DNA from: Alphaproteobacteria bacterium
GTDB taxonomy: Bacteria > Pseudomonadota > Alphaproteobacteria > MPNO01
DNA length: 64,000 nucleotides
Direction of reading: 5' to 3'
NCBI GenBank assembly: GCA_964291675.2
Contig: OZ219866.1
Coordinates: 512,001-576,000, forward strand
Shown here: positions 29,309 through 37,985 of the stretch, piece by piece
Layout: the number at the start of each line of letters is the position of its first letter
Position numbering within the stretch: the first letter of the stretch is position 1
Translations under genes and position numbers: made by a program
Notes under the pieces: generated by a model
What the model saw: only the letters and a program-made list of their open reading frames with translations
The model's database searches: none
Told to the model about the DNA's origin: nothing

Positions 29309-29542
29309 TCAGTCCCCGGCGATTCGGCGCGCCTCGTCGACCAGCATGATCGGTATGCCGTCGCGGATCGGAAAGGCCAGGCCGGCGCGGTCGCTGACCA
29401 GCTCCTGAGCCGCCTCGTCGTAGCGCAGCGGCCCCTTGGTGAGCGGACAGACCAGGATCTCGAGCAGCTTCGGATCGATCGGGCGGTTGCGCGCGGCGCG
29501 GGGCTCGGGATCGGCCGTCGCGCTCGCTGTCTCCTCTGCCAT
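29309..29542 (-). CDS. Trm112-family protein (UPF0434)
   Basis: [18 protein letters not shown]...[18 protein letters not shown]. Confidence 0.9.
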   Translation of the reverse strand: MAEETASATADPEPRAARNRPIDPKLLEILVCPLTKGPLRYDEAAQELVSDRAGLAFPIRDGIPIMLVDEARRIAGD

Positions 29543-29559
29543 GGACGCGCCTCCCCGCC

Positions 29560-30234
29560 CTACTGCCTGGTCTGGCCTTCGTCGTGAGGGCGCTCGAGAA
29601 GCGCCATTTCCAGCAGGGTCATGACGATCTCGGCCCGTTCGGCGGTGCCCGGGGCTTCGAGCAGCGCCTGTTTCTCGCTGGTCCGGAAGGGGCACATCAT
29701 GGCCAGCGAGTCGATCAGCCGGGAGTCCTCGGTGCCCTCGATCGCTTCCCAGTTGGCGTCCACGTCCTGCTGGCGCAGATAGGCCCGGAGCGCGTTCAGC
29801 AAGCGCTCGCGGTCGACCGCGATCTTCGTCGTCGGCTCCGCCAGGTCGTCGCGGAAGGCGCCGAAACGGGCCTGTACCCGGCGATAGCCGTCGCGCGGGG
29901 CGAGCTCCCGGTCGACCGCGAAGCGGATCAGCCCCTTGAGGGTGATCAGGTAGCGCCCGTCTTCGGTCTCGCCGAACGAGACGATGCGCCCGGCGCATCC
30001 GGTGCGGTAGACTTCGGGCTCGCCGGGGCCGGTCTGCTGCTGCTGGTGCTGCGGCTGGATCATGCCGATCAGTCGCTGCGGCGCCGCGAGGGCGGCCGCG
30101 GTCATGTTGAGGTAGCGCGGCTCGAATATGTTGAGCGGCAGCCGGCTTCCGGGCAGCAACAGCGCGCCACCGAGCGGGAATATCGGAATCGCTTCCGGCA
30201 ACTCCTCGAATTCCGGGTCGAACGGAGCCGCCAT
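29560..30234 (-). CDS. LON peptidase N-terminal substrate-binding domain protein
   Basis: [45 protein letters not shown]. Confidence 0.9.
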   Translation of the reverse strand: MAAPFDPEFEELPEAIPIFPLGGALLLPGSRLPLNIFEPRYLNMTAAALAAPQRLIGMIQPQHQQQQTGPGEPEVYRTGCAGRIVSFGETEDGRYLITLKGLIRFAVDRELAPRDGYRRVQARFGAFRDDLAEPTTKIAVDRERLLNALRAYLRQQDVDANWEAIEGTEDSRLIDSLAMMCPFRTSEKQALLEAPGTAERAEIVMTLLEMALLERPHDEGQTRQ

Positions 30235-31148
30235 CAGGAGAACAGGATGGCGGACAGCTTGCGCCGTCCGGCGACGGTCACCGGGTCGGCGGGACCCAGC
30301 GCCTCGAACAGCTCGAGCAGCTGCTTGCGCGCCGCCTGGTCGTTCCATTCCCGTGCCCGCCTGACGATGTCGACCAGCGCGTCGATCGCCTCCTCGTTGC
30401 GCCCTTCGGCATGCAGGGCGAGCGCGAGGTCGAAGCGGGCCTGGTGGTCGTCGGGATCGGACTCGAGCCGGGACAGCAATTCGCCCCGATCGCCGGCATC
30501 GGCGGTCTTCTCGGCCAGCGCCAGCGCCGAGGCGGCGGCCTCGGCATCCGCGCCGCCGCGCGCGTCCTCGGGCAGGGTCGCAAAAATCTCGCGCGCCCGG
30601 TCGATTTCGCCCTGGCCGACCAGCGCCCGGGTGAGGCCGGCGATCCCGGCGGCGTTGTCCGGGGCGTGCTGGACCACCTGGGCATAGATCGACGCGGCGG
30701 CGCCGAAATCCTTGGCGGCCAGGCGTTCCGCGGCCTGGGCCAGGGCTTCGTCGAGCGGCGAGGCGACCGCGGTGCCCGCCGACTTGACGAGCTTGTCGAT
30801 GAACGACTTCACCTGGCTTTCCGGCAGCGCACCCTGGAACGCATCCACCGGCCGCCCGCCGGAAAACGCGAACACCGCGGGGATCGACTGGATTCGGAGC
30901 TGCTGGGCGATCTCGGGGTTCTGGTCGATGTCGATCTTGACCAGCCTGACCCCCCCGTTCGCGGCGCGGACGACCTTCTCGAGGACGGGGCCGAGCTGTT
31001 TGCAGGGCCCGCACCAGGGCGCCCAGAAATCGACCACGACGGGCACGTCCATCGAAGCCTCGATCACCTCCGCCATGAATGTGGCGGTCGAGCCGTCCTT
31101 GATCAGGTCGGCGGGCGCATCGCCCGGCTGTCCCAGGATCGTTTCCAT
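30234..31148 (-). CDS. cnoX: Thioredoxin-TPR chaperedoxin (YbbN/CnoX)
   Basis: [22 protein letters not shown]-terminal TPR ARKQLL..FE.LG....[11 protein letters not shown]. Confidence 0.9.
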   Translation of the reverse strand: METILGQPGDAPADLIKDGSTATFMAEVIEASMDVPVVVDFWAPWCGPCKQLGPVLEKVVRAANGGVRLVKIDIDQNPEIAQQLRIQSIPAVFAFSGGRPVDAFQGALPESQVKSFIDKLVKSAGTAVASPLDEALAQAAERLAAKDFGAAASIYAQVVQHAPDNAAGIAGLTRALVGQGEIDRAREIFATLPEDARGGADAEAAASALALAEKTADAGDRGELLSRLESDPDDHQARFDLALALHAEGRNEEAIDALVDIVRRAREWNDQAARKQLLELFEALGPADPVTVAGRRKLSAILFS

Positions 31149-31253
31149 CGTGCTGTTCCGTGCTTCGAATCCGCTGGGCCGCGGCCGCCGGAGACGGCCC
31201 GGGAGAACCGCGACAAGATGGGCGAGGAGGCTTGCCGAAGCAAGCCCGGAGCG

Positions 31254-31799
31254 TCAGCCCGCCGTGGCCCGCGCCAGATCCACGACCGCCGGACGGTGGC
31301 CGAGCGCGCCGATGAAACGCAGCAGGTCGGCGGGGGCGATCGCCGTCGTGGCGTCGTTCGTCAAGGGGTGGAAATGGGCCCGTTCGGCCTCCATCACGCC
31401 GGCATCGACGATCACCCGGACCGCGTTCGCGTCGTCGTTGATCAGGGCGAAGGGGGTGACCGCCCCGGGCACCACGCCGAGATGGGCGGCGAGCCGCTCG
31501 GGGCTGGCGAAGGAGAGCCGGGCGGCGCCGATCAGCCCGGCCAGCACCTTCAGGTCGATGCGCCGGTCTTCCAGCGCCACGACCAGCCACAGCGCGCCCT
31601 TCTTGTCCTTGAGAAAAAGTGATTTGCAGTGCGCGCCGGGCAGGTCGCCGCGCAGCTCGCGGCTCTCCTCGACGGTGAATACCGGGGCATGGGTCTGGGT
31701 CTCGGTCGCGATCCCGAGGGAATCGAGCCGCTCGAACAGCAGCTTTTGCCGGGCGGCGATGGCGTCCGGCGAAACGGTCTGGCTCATCGTGTCCTCCAA
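31254..31799 (-). CDS. proX: Prolyl-tRNA editing protein (YbaK/ProX family)
   Basis: HAPVFTVEES, HCKSLFLKDKKG, RLSFAS, GVVPGAVTPF, FHPLTNDAT; the true start may be 31787. Confidence 0.85.
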   Translation of the reverse strand: MEDTMSQTVSPDAIAARQKLLFERLDSLGIATETQTHAPVFTVEESRELRGDLPGAHCKSLFLKDKKGALWLVVALEDRRIDLKVLAGLIGAARLSFASPERLAAHLGVVPGAVTPFALINDDANAVRVIVDAGVMEAERAHFHPLTNDATTAIAPADLLRFIGALGHRPAVVDLARATAG

Positions 31800-31807
31800 C
31801 GCGGCGC

Positions 31808-31837
31808 TTGAACCGGGTAGGCGCCGGCGAATATACT
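31808..31837 (+). promoter_or_regulatory. Sigma70-type promoter of tRNA-Gly
   Basis: TTGAAC-N18-TATACT ending 13 nt before the tRNA, followed by a GC-rich discriminator. Confidence 0.6.
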
Positions 31838-31850
31838 CCCGCGCGTCGGC

Positions 31851-31925
31851 GCGGGTGTAGCTCAGGGGTAGAGCGCAACCTTGCCAAGGTTGAAGTCGTC
31901 GGTTCGAATCCGATCACCCGCTCCA
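31851..31925 (+). tRNA. tRNA-Gly (GCC)
   Basis: GCGGGTGTAGCTCAGGGGTAGAGCGCAACCTTGCCAAGGTTGAAGTCGTCGGTTCGAATCCGATCACCCGCTCCA: acceptor stem, anticodon GCC, TTCGAAT T-loop, encoded CCA. Confidence 0.97.
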
Positions 31926-31953
31926 ATTCGCCCCGGGATCACGGAATCTGCCC

Positions 31954-32133
31954 ATGAACAATGTCGGCAATTGGGTGATCGGCGGCAGCTCCGCGGTGCT
32001 CGGCGTCGCCGGGCTGTTCGTCAGCGCGCAGGCCGACCCCGGCAGCGTCGGCTATTACGGCGGGCTTGCCATGTTCGCCATCTGCACCCTGTTCATCATG
32101 CACCTGATCCGCACGTCGGACAGCCACGGCTGA
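31954..32133 (+). CDS. Small 59-aa two-TM membrane protein (absent from ORF track)
   Basis: MNNVGNWVIGGSSAVLGVAGLFVSAQADPGSVGYYGGLAMFAICTLFIMHLIRTSDSHG*; GC-rich third codon positions; fills the gap between the tRNA and the next gene. Confidence 0.7.
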   Translation: MNNVGNWVIGGSSAVLGVAGLFVSAQADPGSVGYYGGLAMFAICTLFIMHLIRTSDSHG

Positions 32134-32137
32134 GCCG

Positions 32138-32764
32138 TCAGCCCTTCTTGCGGGCGACGATGTGGAAGATGTGCCAGTGCTTGGGCCGGCCGCGCGGGGT
32201 GATGCTGTCGTCCTCTTCCTCCCGCAGATGCTCGACCTCGAACCCGCGGAGCAGCGCATCGACCTCCCGGGCTGAGTGAAAGGTGATCGAAGGGTCGCCG
32301 AACCACTCGTCCCGGTCGCCGTAGAGCTGGCCCGCGAAGCGGCCGCCGGGACCGAGGGAGCCGGCGATCCGCGACCACAGCGCGGGAAACGCCCAGGGCG
32401 GGCAGAGCGGCAGGGCGAAGCTGGAATTCACCAGCTCCGCAGCCGGCCAGTCGATCTCTTCGAACCGGCCGATCCGGGTTTCTAGCCTGCCGGTCGACGG
32501 CAGATCGTCGCGCGCGGCCAGCCGTTCGATGGCCGTCGCCTCGGCGTCGATGGCGAGCACCGCCCAGCCGCGGCGCAGCATCTCGGCGATGTCGCGCCCC
32601 CCGCCGCAGCCCAGATCGACCGCCCTGCGCGGGCCGCCGGGCTCGCGTTCGAACGCATCGAGCGCGCGGATCAGGGTCTCGCGCGGCGGGCGCCGGCCGG
32701 TCTTGCCGTAGTAGTCGGACCACGCCCCGGGTCCGGCCGCGGGCGTCGCCCGGGGCTCGTGCAT
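32138..32764 (-). CDS. Class I SAM-dependent methyltransferase
   Basis: AVDLGCGGGRD, GWAVLAID, SSFALP, GGRFAGQLYG.RD.W, KHWHIFHIVA. Confidence 0.88.
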   Translation of the reverse strand: MHEPRATPAAGPGAWSDYYGKTGRRPPRETLIRALDAFEREPGGPRRAVDLGCGGGRDIAEMLRRGWAVLAIDAEATAIERLAARDDLPSTGRLETRIGRFEEIDWPAAELVNSSFALPLCPPWAFPALWSRIAGSLGPGGRFAGQLYGDRDEWFGDPSITFHSAREVDALLRGFEVEHLREEEDDSITPRGRPKHWHIFHIVARKKG

Positions 32765-32772
32765 CGCCGGGC

Positions 32773-33687
32773 TCAGGCGCGCAGCTCGGCCGGCGGGAAG
32801 TTGCCCGCGCGGCTGACCATCGCCGGCACCTTGCGGCCGAGCTGCGTCTCGATCCAGCCGGCGGTCTCGATCAGCGTCTCGATATCGATGCCCGTCTCCA
32901 CGCCGAGCCGGTGCAGCATGTAGATCAAATCCTCCGAGGGAATGTTGCCGGTCGCCGCCGGCGCGAAAGGACAACCGCCGATGCCGCCGATGCTGGCATC
33001 GAGCGCATGCACCCCCGCCTCCACCGCGGCGAAGGCGTTGGCGATCCCGGTGTTGCGGGTGTTGTGAAAATGCCCGCGCAGCCGCGCCCCGGGCGCCAGC
33101 CGGGCGGCTTCGGCGAACATCTCGGCGACCTCGCCCGGCGCGGCCACCCCGATGGTGTCGGCGATGCCGATCTCGAACAGGCCGAGGCCGGCGCAATGGG
33201 CGATCAGCCCGTGCACCCGTTCCGGCTTCACCGCACCCTGGAACGGGCAGCCGAAGGCGGCGCTGATCGTCGCGCTGCAGCGGATGCCGGCGGCGCGGGC
33301 GGCGCCGGCGATGTCGTCGAGGACGCGCATCCCCTGCTCGATCGTGGTTCCCTGGTTGCGCTCGGAGAAGGCATCGCTGGCGACCAGCGCATAGTTGACC
33401 TCCCGGCAGCCCGCCGCCGCCGCGCGGTCGAAGCCGCGGCGGTTGAGCACCAGCCCGATATAGGTCACGCCGTCGTCCTCCGGCAGCCCGGCCATCACCG
33501 CCTCGGCATCGGCCATCTGCGGGACGCGCCTGGGGTTGACGAAGCTTGCCGCCTCGACCCGCCCCACCCCCGCCGCGACGGCGCGGCGTATCAGCTCCAG
33601 CTTGACTTCGGTCGGCAGGATCTCGGGCTCGTTCTGCAGCCCGTCCCGGGGCGAGACTTCGACCAGTTCGATGCGGCGGCCGGACAT
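32773..33687 (-). CDS. hmgL: Hydroxymethylglutaryl-CoA lyase
   Basis: EVSPRDGLQNE, SFVNPRRVPQMAD, ADTIG, HFHNTR, GGCPFAPAATGNIPSED. Confidence 0.9.
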   Translation of the reverse strand: MSGRRIELVEVSPRDGLQNEPEILPTEVKLELIRRAVAAGVGRVEAASFVNPRRVPQMADAEAVMAGLPEDDGVTYIGLVLNRRGFDRAAAAGCREVNYALVASDAFSERNQGTTIEQGMRVLDDIAGAARAAGIRCSATISAAFGCPFQGAVKPERVHGLIAHCAGLGLFEIGIADTIGVAAPGEVAEMFAEAARLAPGARLRGHFHNTRNTGIANAFAAVEAGVHALDASIGGIGGCPFAPAATGNIPSEDLIYMLHRLGVETGIDIETLIETAGWIETQLGRKVPAMVSRAGNFPPAELRA

Positions 33688-33879
33688 CGGGAGCTCCTCG
33701 CAGGGGGTGGGCCGATTTTCGGGCAAGGGCTGCGGCTTCACAATCGAATTCGGCCGAACTCGGCAACCCGTCACGGGCGGGGCTTCGTTGCCGGAACCGA
33801 TCGGTTTCGGCTAGACTGGCGGCGTGTCGCTCGGCGCCGCGGTGAAGCGCTGTTGGCCGGGAAACGATCGGTGGGTGCG

Positions 33880-34431
33880 ATGAACGATTGCCCGGCCCTG
33901 GTTCTGAACGCGGATTTCCGACCGCTCAGCTATTTCCCGCTCTCGCTGTGGCCCTGGCAGGAGACCGTCAAGGCGGTCTTCCTCGAGCGCGTGAACATCA
34001 TCTCGGAATACGACCGCGAGGTGCGCTCGCCGGGATTCTCGATGCGCCTGCCGAGCGTGATCGCGCTCAAGCGCTACATCCCGATGTCGCGCCGGCCGGC
34101 CTTCACCCGTTTCAACGTGTTTCTGCGCGACCGCTTCGAGTGCCAGTATTGCGGCGGCGCGCCGGGCACGCCGGAGCTCACCTTCGATCACGTCGTGCCC
34201 CGGTCGCGCGGCGGGCGGACGAGCTGGGTCAACGTGGTCAGCGCATGCACCGCGTGCAATTTGCGCAAGGGCAACCGGCTGCCCAACGAATGCGGGCTGC
34301 GCCCCAGGCGGGCGCCGGTCGAGCCCTCGAACGCGCTGTTGCAGCAGCACGGCCGCGCCTTCCCGCCCAACTACCTGCACGATAGCTGGCGCGACTTCCT
34401 GTACTGGGATTCGGAGCTCGATTCCGGTTAG
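33880..34431 (+). CDS. HNH endonuclease
   Basis: PALVLNADFRPLSY, FTRFNVFLRD..CQYCG, TFDHVVPRSRGG, ACTACNLRKG. Confidence 0.9.
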   Translation: MNDCPALVLNADFRPLSYFPLSLWPWQETVKAVFLERVNIISEYDREVRSPGFSMRLPSVIALKRYIPMSRRPAFTRFNVFLRDRFECQYCGGAPGTPELTFDHVVPRSRGGRTSWVNVVSACTACNLRKGNRLPNECGLRPRRAPVEPSNALLQQHGRAFPPNYLHDSWRDFLYWDSELDSG

Positions 34432-34676
34432 TGCCGCTTGGCGCTGACCACCAGGGCGTCGACCGTCTCCTCGCCGAGAGCGCGGACCGCCTCCAGGCGG
34501 TGCAGCCCCTCGACCAGGACATAGCGCGCTTCGTCGCGGCGCACATGGATCGGGTTCTTCAGACCGTTCTCCAGGATGTCGAGGGCGAGCGCGTCGACCT
34601 TGGCGTCGTCCCGCGTGCGGCGCCGCTTGGCCGGGACGTAGATCTCGTCGAGCGCGATCGGAACCGACTCGAGCAA
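34428..34676 (-). CDS. Small stand-alone ParB/Srx N-terminal-domain protein
   Basis: TTG start with strong AAAAGGAGG RBS (34681-34689); LDEIYVP, ILENGLKNPI.V, YVLVEGLHRLEA. Confidence 0.82.
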   Translation of the reverse strand: MLESVPIALDEIYVPAKRRRTRDDAKVDALALDILENGLKNPIHVRRDEARYVLVEGLHRLEAVRALGEETVDALVVSAKRH

Positions 34677-34786
34677 CGCGCCTCCTTTTGGCGTCCCGGG
34701 CCGGCGCGGAATCGTGTAATGTCGCCGCCGCGTCGCCATCGTTATCTTCGGCGAGAATCCGGCGGGGGTCAAACGGGACGGACGGG

Positions 34787-35419
34787 ATGCAGCCGGTCAA
34801 GGTCACACTCTATCGCTGGGCGGGCGCCTGGGGTCCGTTCAAGGTCAAGATCCCGTGCGGCGAATGCTCGCTGACCCGGGACGTGATCGCCGATGTGATC
34901 GAGACCGAGCTCGGCGGCGTCCCGGTCGAGGTCGACACCCGCGACTGGCTGTCGGAATGGTGGAAACCCCTGCCCAAAGGCGGCTGGCACGCGCCGATCG
35001 TGCTGGTGGAGGGCCGCATCGTCAGCCAGGGCGCGGCGCTCAACCGGGGCGTGCTGACCCAGGCGATCATCGAGGCCCACGCCAAGCGCGCCCCGGTCTC
35101 GGGCAACCGGCTGTTCGGCAAGGCGACCTGCCCGCACTGCGTCCGCGCCAAGGGCTATCTCGACCAGGCGGGGATCGACTACGCCTATCACGACGTGGTG
35201 CGCGAGCCGGCGGCGCTCTACGAGATGCTGGCCCGGGTGAAGCCGATCGTCGGCCCCAAGACGCCGATCACGGTGCCGCAGATCTGGATCGACGGGGACT
35301 ATGTCGGCGGCGCGGACGCGCTGGCCGTGATCGTCGAACGCGCGGTCGAGCCCAACCCGGATCGCGGCCAGTGCTCGATCTCGCCGGGCCGGCTCGGACA
35401 GGCCAGGCGCGCGGCGTAA
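34787..35419 (+). CDS. Two-domain thioredoxin/glutaredoxin protein
   Basis: LYRWAGAWGPFKVKIPCGEC and K.TCPHC...TVPQIWIDGDYVGG. Confidence 0.85.
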   Translation: MQPVKVTLYRWAGAWGPFKVKIPCGECSLTRDVIADVIETELGGVPVEVDTRDWLSEWWKPLPKGGWHAPIVLVEGRIVSQGAALNRGVLTQAIIEAHAKRAPVSGNRLFGKATCPHCVRAKGYLDQAGIDYAYHDVVREPAALYEMLARVKPIVGPKTPITVPQIWIDGDYVGGADALAVIVERAVEPNPDRGQCSISPGRLGQARRAA

Positions 35420-35479
35420 GGCGGGCGCGCGGGTGAGCGATATCCGCCTCGTGCTCCGCGACGGCTGAGGGGGTCCCGG

Positions 35480-36682
35480 TTGCGCTGCGAAGTGGTCGCC
35501 ATCGGCACCGAATTGCTGCTCGGACAGATCGTCGACACCAACTCGTCCTGGATCGGCGAGCGGCTGGCGCTGATCGGCATCGACTCCCACTTCCAGGTCA
35601 AGGTCGGCGACAACCCCGAACGCATGGAGTTCTGCATCCGCCAGGCGCTCGGGCGCAGCGACGCGGTGATCTGCTGCGGCGGGCTGGGCCCGACCCAGGA
35701 CGACATCACCCGCGAGGCGATCGCCCGGGTGATGGGGGTGGAGCTCCGCCGCGACCCGGCCGTCGAGCAGCGCATCGTCGATCTGTTCAGGGCGCGCGGC
35801 CGGGCGATGACCGAGAACAACCGGCGCCAGGCCGACATCCCGCTCGGCGGGCGGCCGATCGACCAGATGCCGGGCACCGCGCCGGGGCTGGTCTGCCCGG
35901 TCGGCGAAAAGGTGATCTACGCCGTCCCCGGCGTGCCCTACGAGATGCGCGAGATGATGGAGGGAACGGTGCTGCCCGACCTCCAGCGGCGGTCCGGCGG
36001 CGCGGCGGTCATCCGCAGCCGGGTGCTGCGCACGTGGGGGCAGAGCGAATCGGGGCTCGCCGAGATCCTGGCCGGGCGCATCCGCGCGCTCGACGGGATC
36101 GGCAACCCGACCCTCGCCTTCCAGGCTTCCGGCGCCGACGGGCTCAAGGTGCGGATCACCGCCAAGGCCGCCGACGAGGCCGCCGCCGCCGCGATCCTGG
36201 CCGAGGAGGAGACGCTGGTTCGCGAGCTCCTGGGCGACGTGATCTTCGGCGTCGACGAGGAGACCATGGAATCGGTGGTGCTCGCGGCGCTCCGCGAATC
36301 CGGCCTGACCCTCGCGGTCGCGGAAGGCTTTACCGGCGGGCTCGTCGCCGCCCGGCTCACCCGGCTCGACCCGGAGATGGAAGTCTTCGTCGGCGGCACG
36401 CTCGGACCGAGGGGCGGGGCGGAAGATTCGGCGTCGACCGGGGAGGCGCGCGCGGCGGAGGCGGCGATGCGGGTTCGCGCCGCGCTCGGCGCCTCCATCG
36501 GGATCGCCGCGATCGGCCGCGAGACGGGCGAGGACGTGCCGCCCGGCACCGCCCGCATGGCGGTCGCCGCGGGCGGGGAGACCCGCACCCACAGCGTCGC
36601 GCTCCCCGGCGACCGCAAGCAGGCGCGGGAATACGCGGTCATCCACCTGCTGAGCTTTCTCAGGCGCACCCTCGCCGCCTGA
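35480..36682 (+). CDS. cinA: Competence/damage-inducible CinA-family protein
   Basis: IGTELLLGQIVDTNS, GGLGPTQDDITR, GTAPG, PGVPYEM; C-terminal domain LAVAEGFTGG is divergent. Confidence 0.88.
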   Translation: MRCEVVAIGTELLLGQIVDTNSSWIGERLALIGIDSHFQVKVGDNPERMEFCIRQALGRSDAVICCGGLGPTQDDITREAIARVMGVELRRDPAVEQRIVDLFRARGRAMTENNRRQADIPLGGRPIDQMPGTAPGLVCPVGEKVIYAVPGVPYEMREMMEGTVLPDLQRRSGGAAVIRSRVLRTWGQSESGLAEILAGRIRALDGIGNPTLAFQASGADGLKVRITAKAADEAAAAAILAEEETLVRELLGDVIFGVDEETMESVVLAALRESGLTLAVAEGFTGGLVAARLTRLDPEMEVFVGGTLGPRGGAEDSASTGEARAAEAAMRVRAALGASIGIAAIGRETGEDVPPGTARMAVAAGGETRTHSVALPGDRKQAREYAVIHLLSFLRRTLAA

Positions 36683-36762
36683 GCGCGGTTCGCCTTGGGC
36701 GGGGGAATGCGCTAACCTTGGCGCCGATCCCGCCCTCGAACGGGGCGCTCGGGAGGCGGCGC

Positions 36763-37233
36763 TTGCGTCTTTCCATCGGCCATGTCGGGCTCCACGTCCG
36801 CGACCTCGAAGAGGAGATCGCGTTCCTGGAGCTGATCGGCGGCGAGCTCACCTGCATCGACCGGGCGCCGGCCGGCCGCGTCGCCTTCGTCTCGCTCGAC
36901 GGCGAGCGGCACCATTCGCTCGCCCTGTTCGAGGACGGAAGGAGGCTGCCGAGCGGCAATTCCAAGACCGAGCCCGCCGGAATCCACCACATCGCGCTGC
37001 CGGCCGCGAGCATCGACGAGGTCAGGTCCTGGGAGCGGAAGCTCGCCGCCGCCGGGATCGAGATCGACGGCCCCCATGTGCAGGGCCCCGAGGGCGGCGG
37101 GCTCGACGGCGGCAGCGGCAGCTACGCGATCTTCTTCAACGATCCCAACGGCATCTGCTTCGAGATCTATGCCGGCGCCATGACGCTGCCGGAGTTCCGC
37201 CGCGCCGAGGCGGCGCGGGCGGCGGCCGAGTGA
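36763..37233 (+). CDS. VOC/glyoxalase-family protein
   Basis: TTG start after GGGAGG; IGHVGLHVRDL, HHSLAL, GIHHIAL, IFFNDPNGICFE. Confidence 0.82.
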   Translation: MRLSIGHVGLHVRDLEEEIAFLELIGGELTCIDRAPAGRVAFVSLDGERHHSLALFEDGRRLPSGNSKTEPAGIHHIALPAASIDEVRSWERKLAAAGIEIDGPHVQGPEGGGLDGGSGSYAIFFNDPNGICFEIYAGAMTLPEFRRAEAARAAAE

Positions 37234-37246
37234 CGGCGGCCGGCCG

Positions 37247-37978
37247 GTGAGCGATCCCGCCGCGACCGAGGACGCGCCGCGCCCGAGCGTCTACTCCGGC
37301 GAGAGGACGGTCGAGGCGCCGCCTGTCGATCTGCCCGACCCGCTGGTGCCCGATACGCGGCTCAGGATGGACGGGCTGGAGTTCTTGTCCCTGCTGCCCG
37401 AGGCGGCGATCCCGGTGGCGTTCCTCGACCCGCAATATCGCGGCGTTCTCGAAAAGCTCAAATACGGCAACGAGGGCGAGCTGCGCGGCAAGCGGCGCGC
37501 CGCGCTGGTGCAGATGAAGGTGGAGACCATCGTCGCCTTCATCCGCGGCATCGACCGCGCGCTGCTGCCGTCGGGCCATCTGTTCCTGTGGATCGACAAG
37601 TACCACCTCTGCCAGGACTTTCACGGCTGGTTCGACGGCACCGGCCTCGAAGTCGTGGACCTGGTGACCTGGGACAAGGGCACGTTCGGCATGGGCTACC
37701 GCACGCGCCGCCGCGCGGAATACTGCGTCGTGCTGCAGAAGAAGCCGCGCCGCGCCAAGGGGGTGTGGAAGATCCACAACATCACCGACATCGTCCTGGA
37801 GAAGGCCGTCCGCAAGGCCCATCCCCATGCCAAGCCGGTGGGACTCCAGGCCGCGCTGATGTCGGCGGTGAGCAACGAGGGCGATTTCGTCATCGACCCG
37901 GCCGCGGGCGCGTTCACCGTCCTCGAAGCGGCCCGCCGGTGCGGCAGGACGTTTCTCGGCTGCGACATAGAAGTGTGA
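37247..37978 (+). CDS. Orphan N4/N6 DNA methyltransferase (beta-class motif order)
   Basis: Catalytic motif DPQY is N-terminal; HPHAKP and SAM motif VIDPAAGAFT...FLGCDI are C-terminal. Confidence 0.82.
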   Translation: MSDPAATEDAPRPSVYSGERTVEAPPVDLPDPLVPDTRLRMDGLEFLSLLPEAAIPVAFLDPQYRGVLEKLKYGNEGELRGKRRAALVQMKVETIVAFIRGIDRALLPSGHLFLWIDKYHLCQDFHGWFDGTGLEVVDLVTWDKGTFGMGYRTRRRAEYCVVLQKKPRRAKGVWKIHNITDIVLEKAVRKAHPHAKPVGLQAALMSAVSNEGDFVIDPAAGAFTVLEAARRCGRTFLGCDIEV

Positions 37979-37985
37979 GCCCGCC

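Noticed and set aside
31851-31925. tRNA-Gly as the integration site of a genomic island
   Set aside because: No integrase is adjacent and I found no duplicate of the tRNA 3' end in the window.
33880-37978. HNH nuclease plus DNA methyltransferase as a restriction-modification pair
   Set aside because: They are separated by four unrelated genes, and this HNH type is commonly a stand-alone gene.
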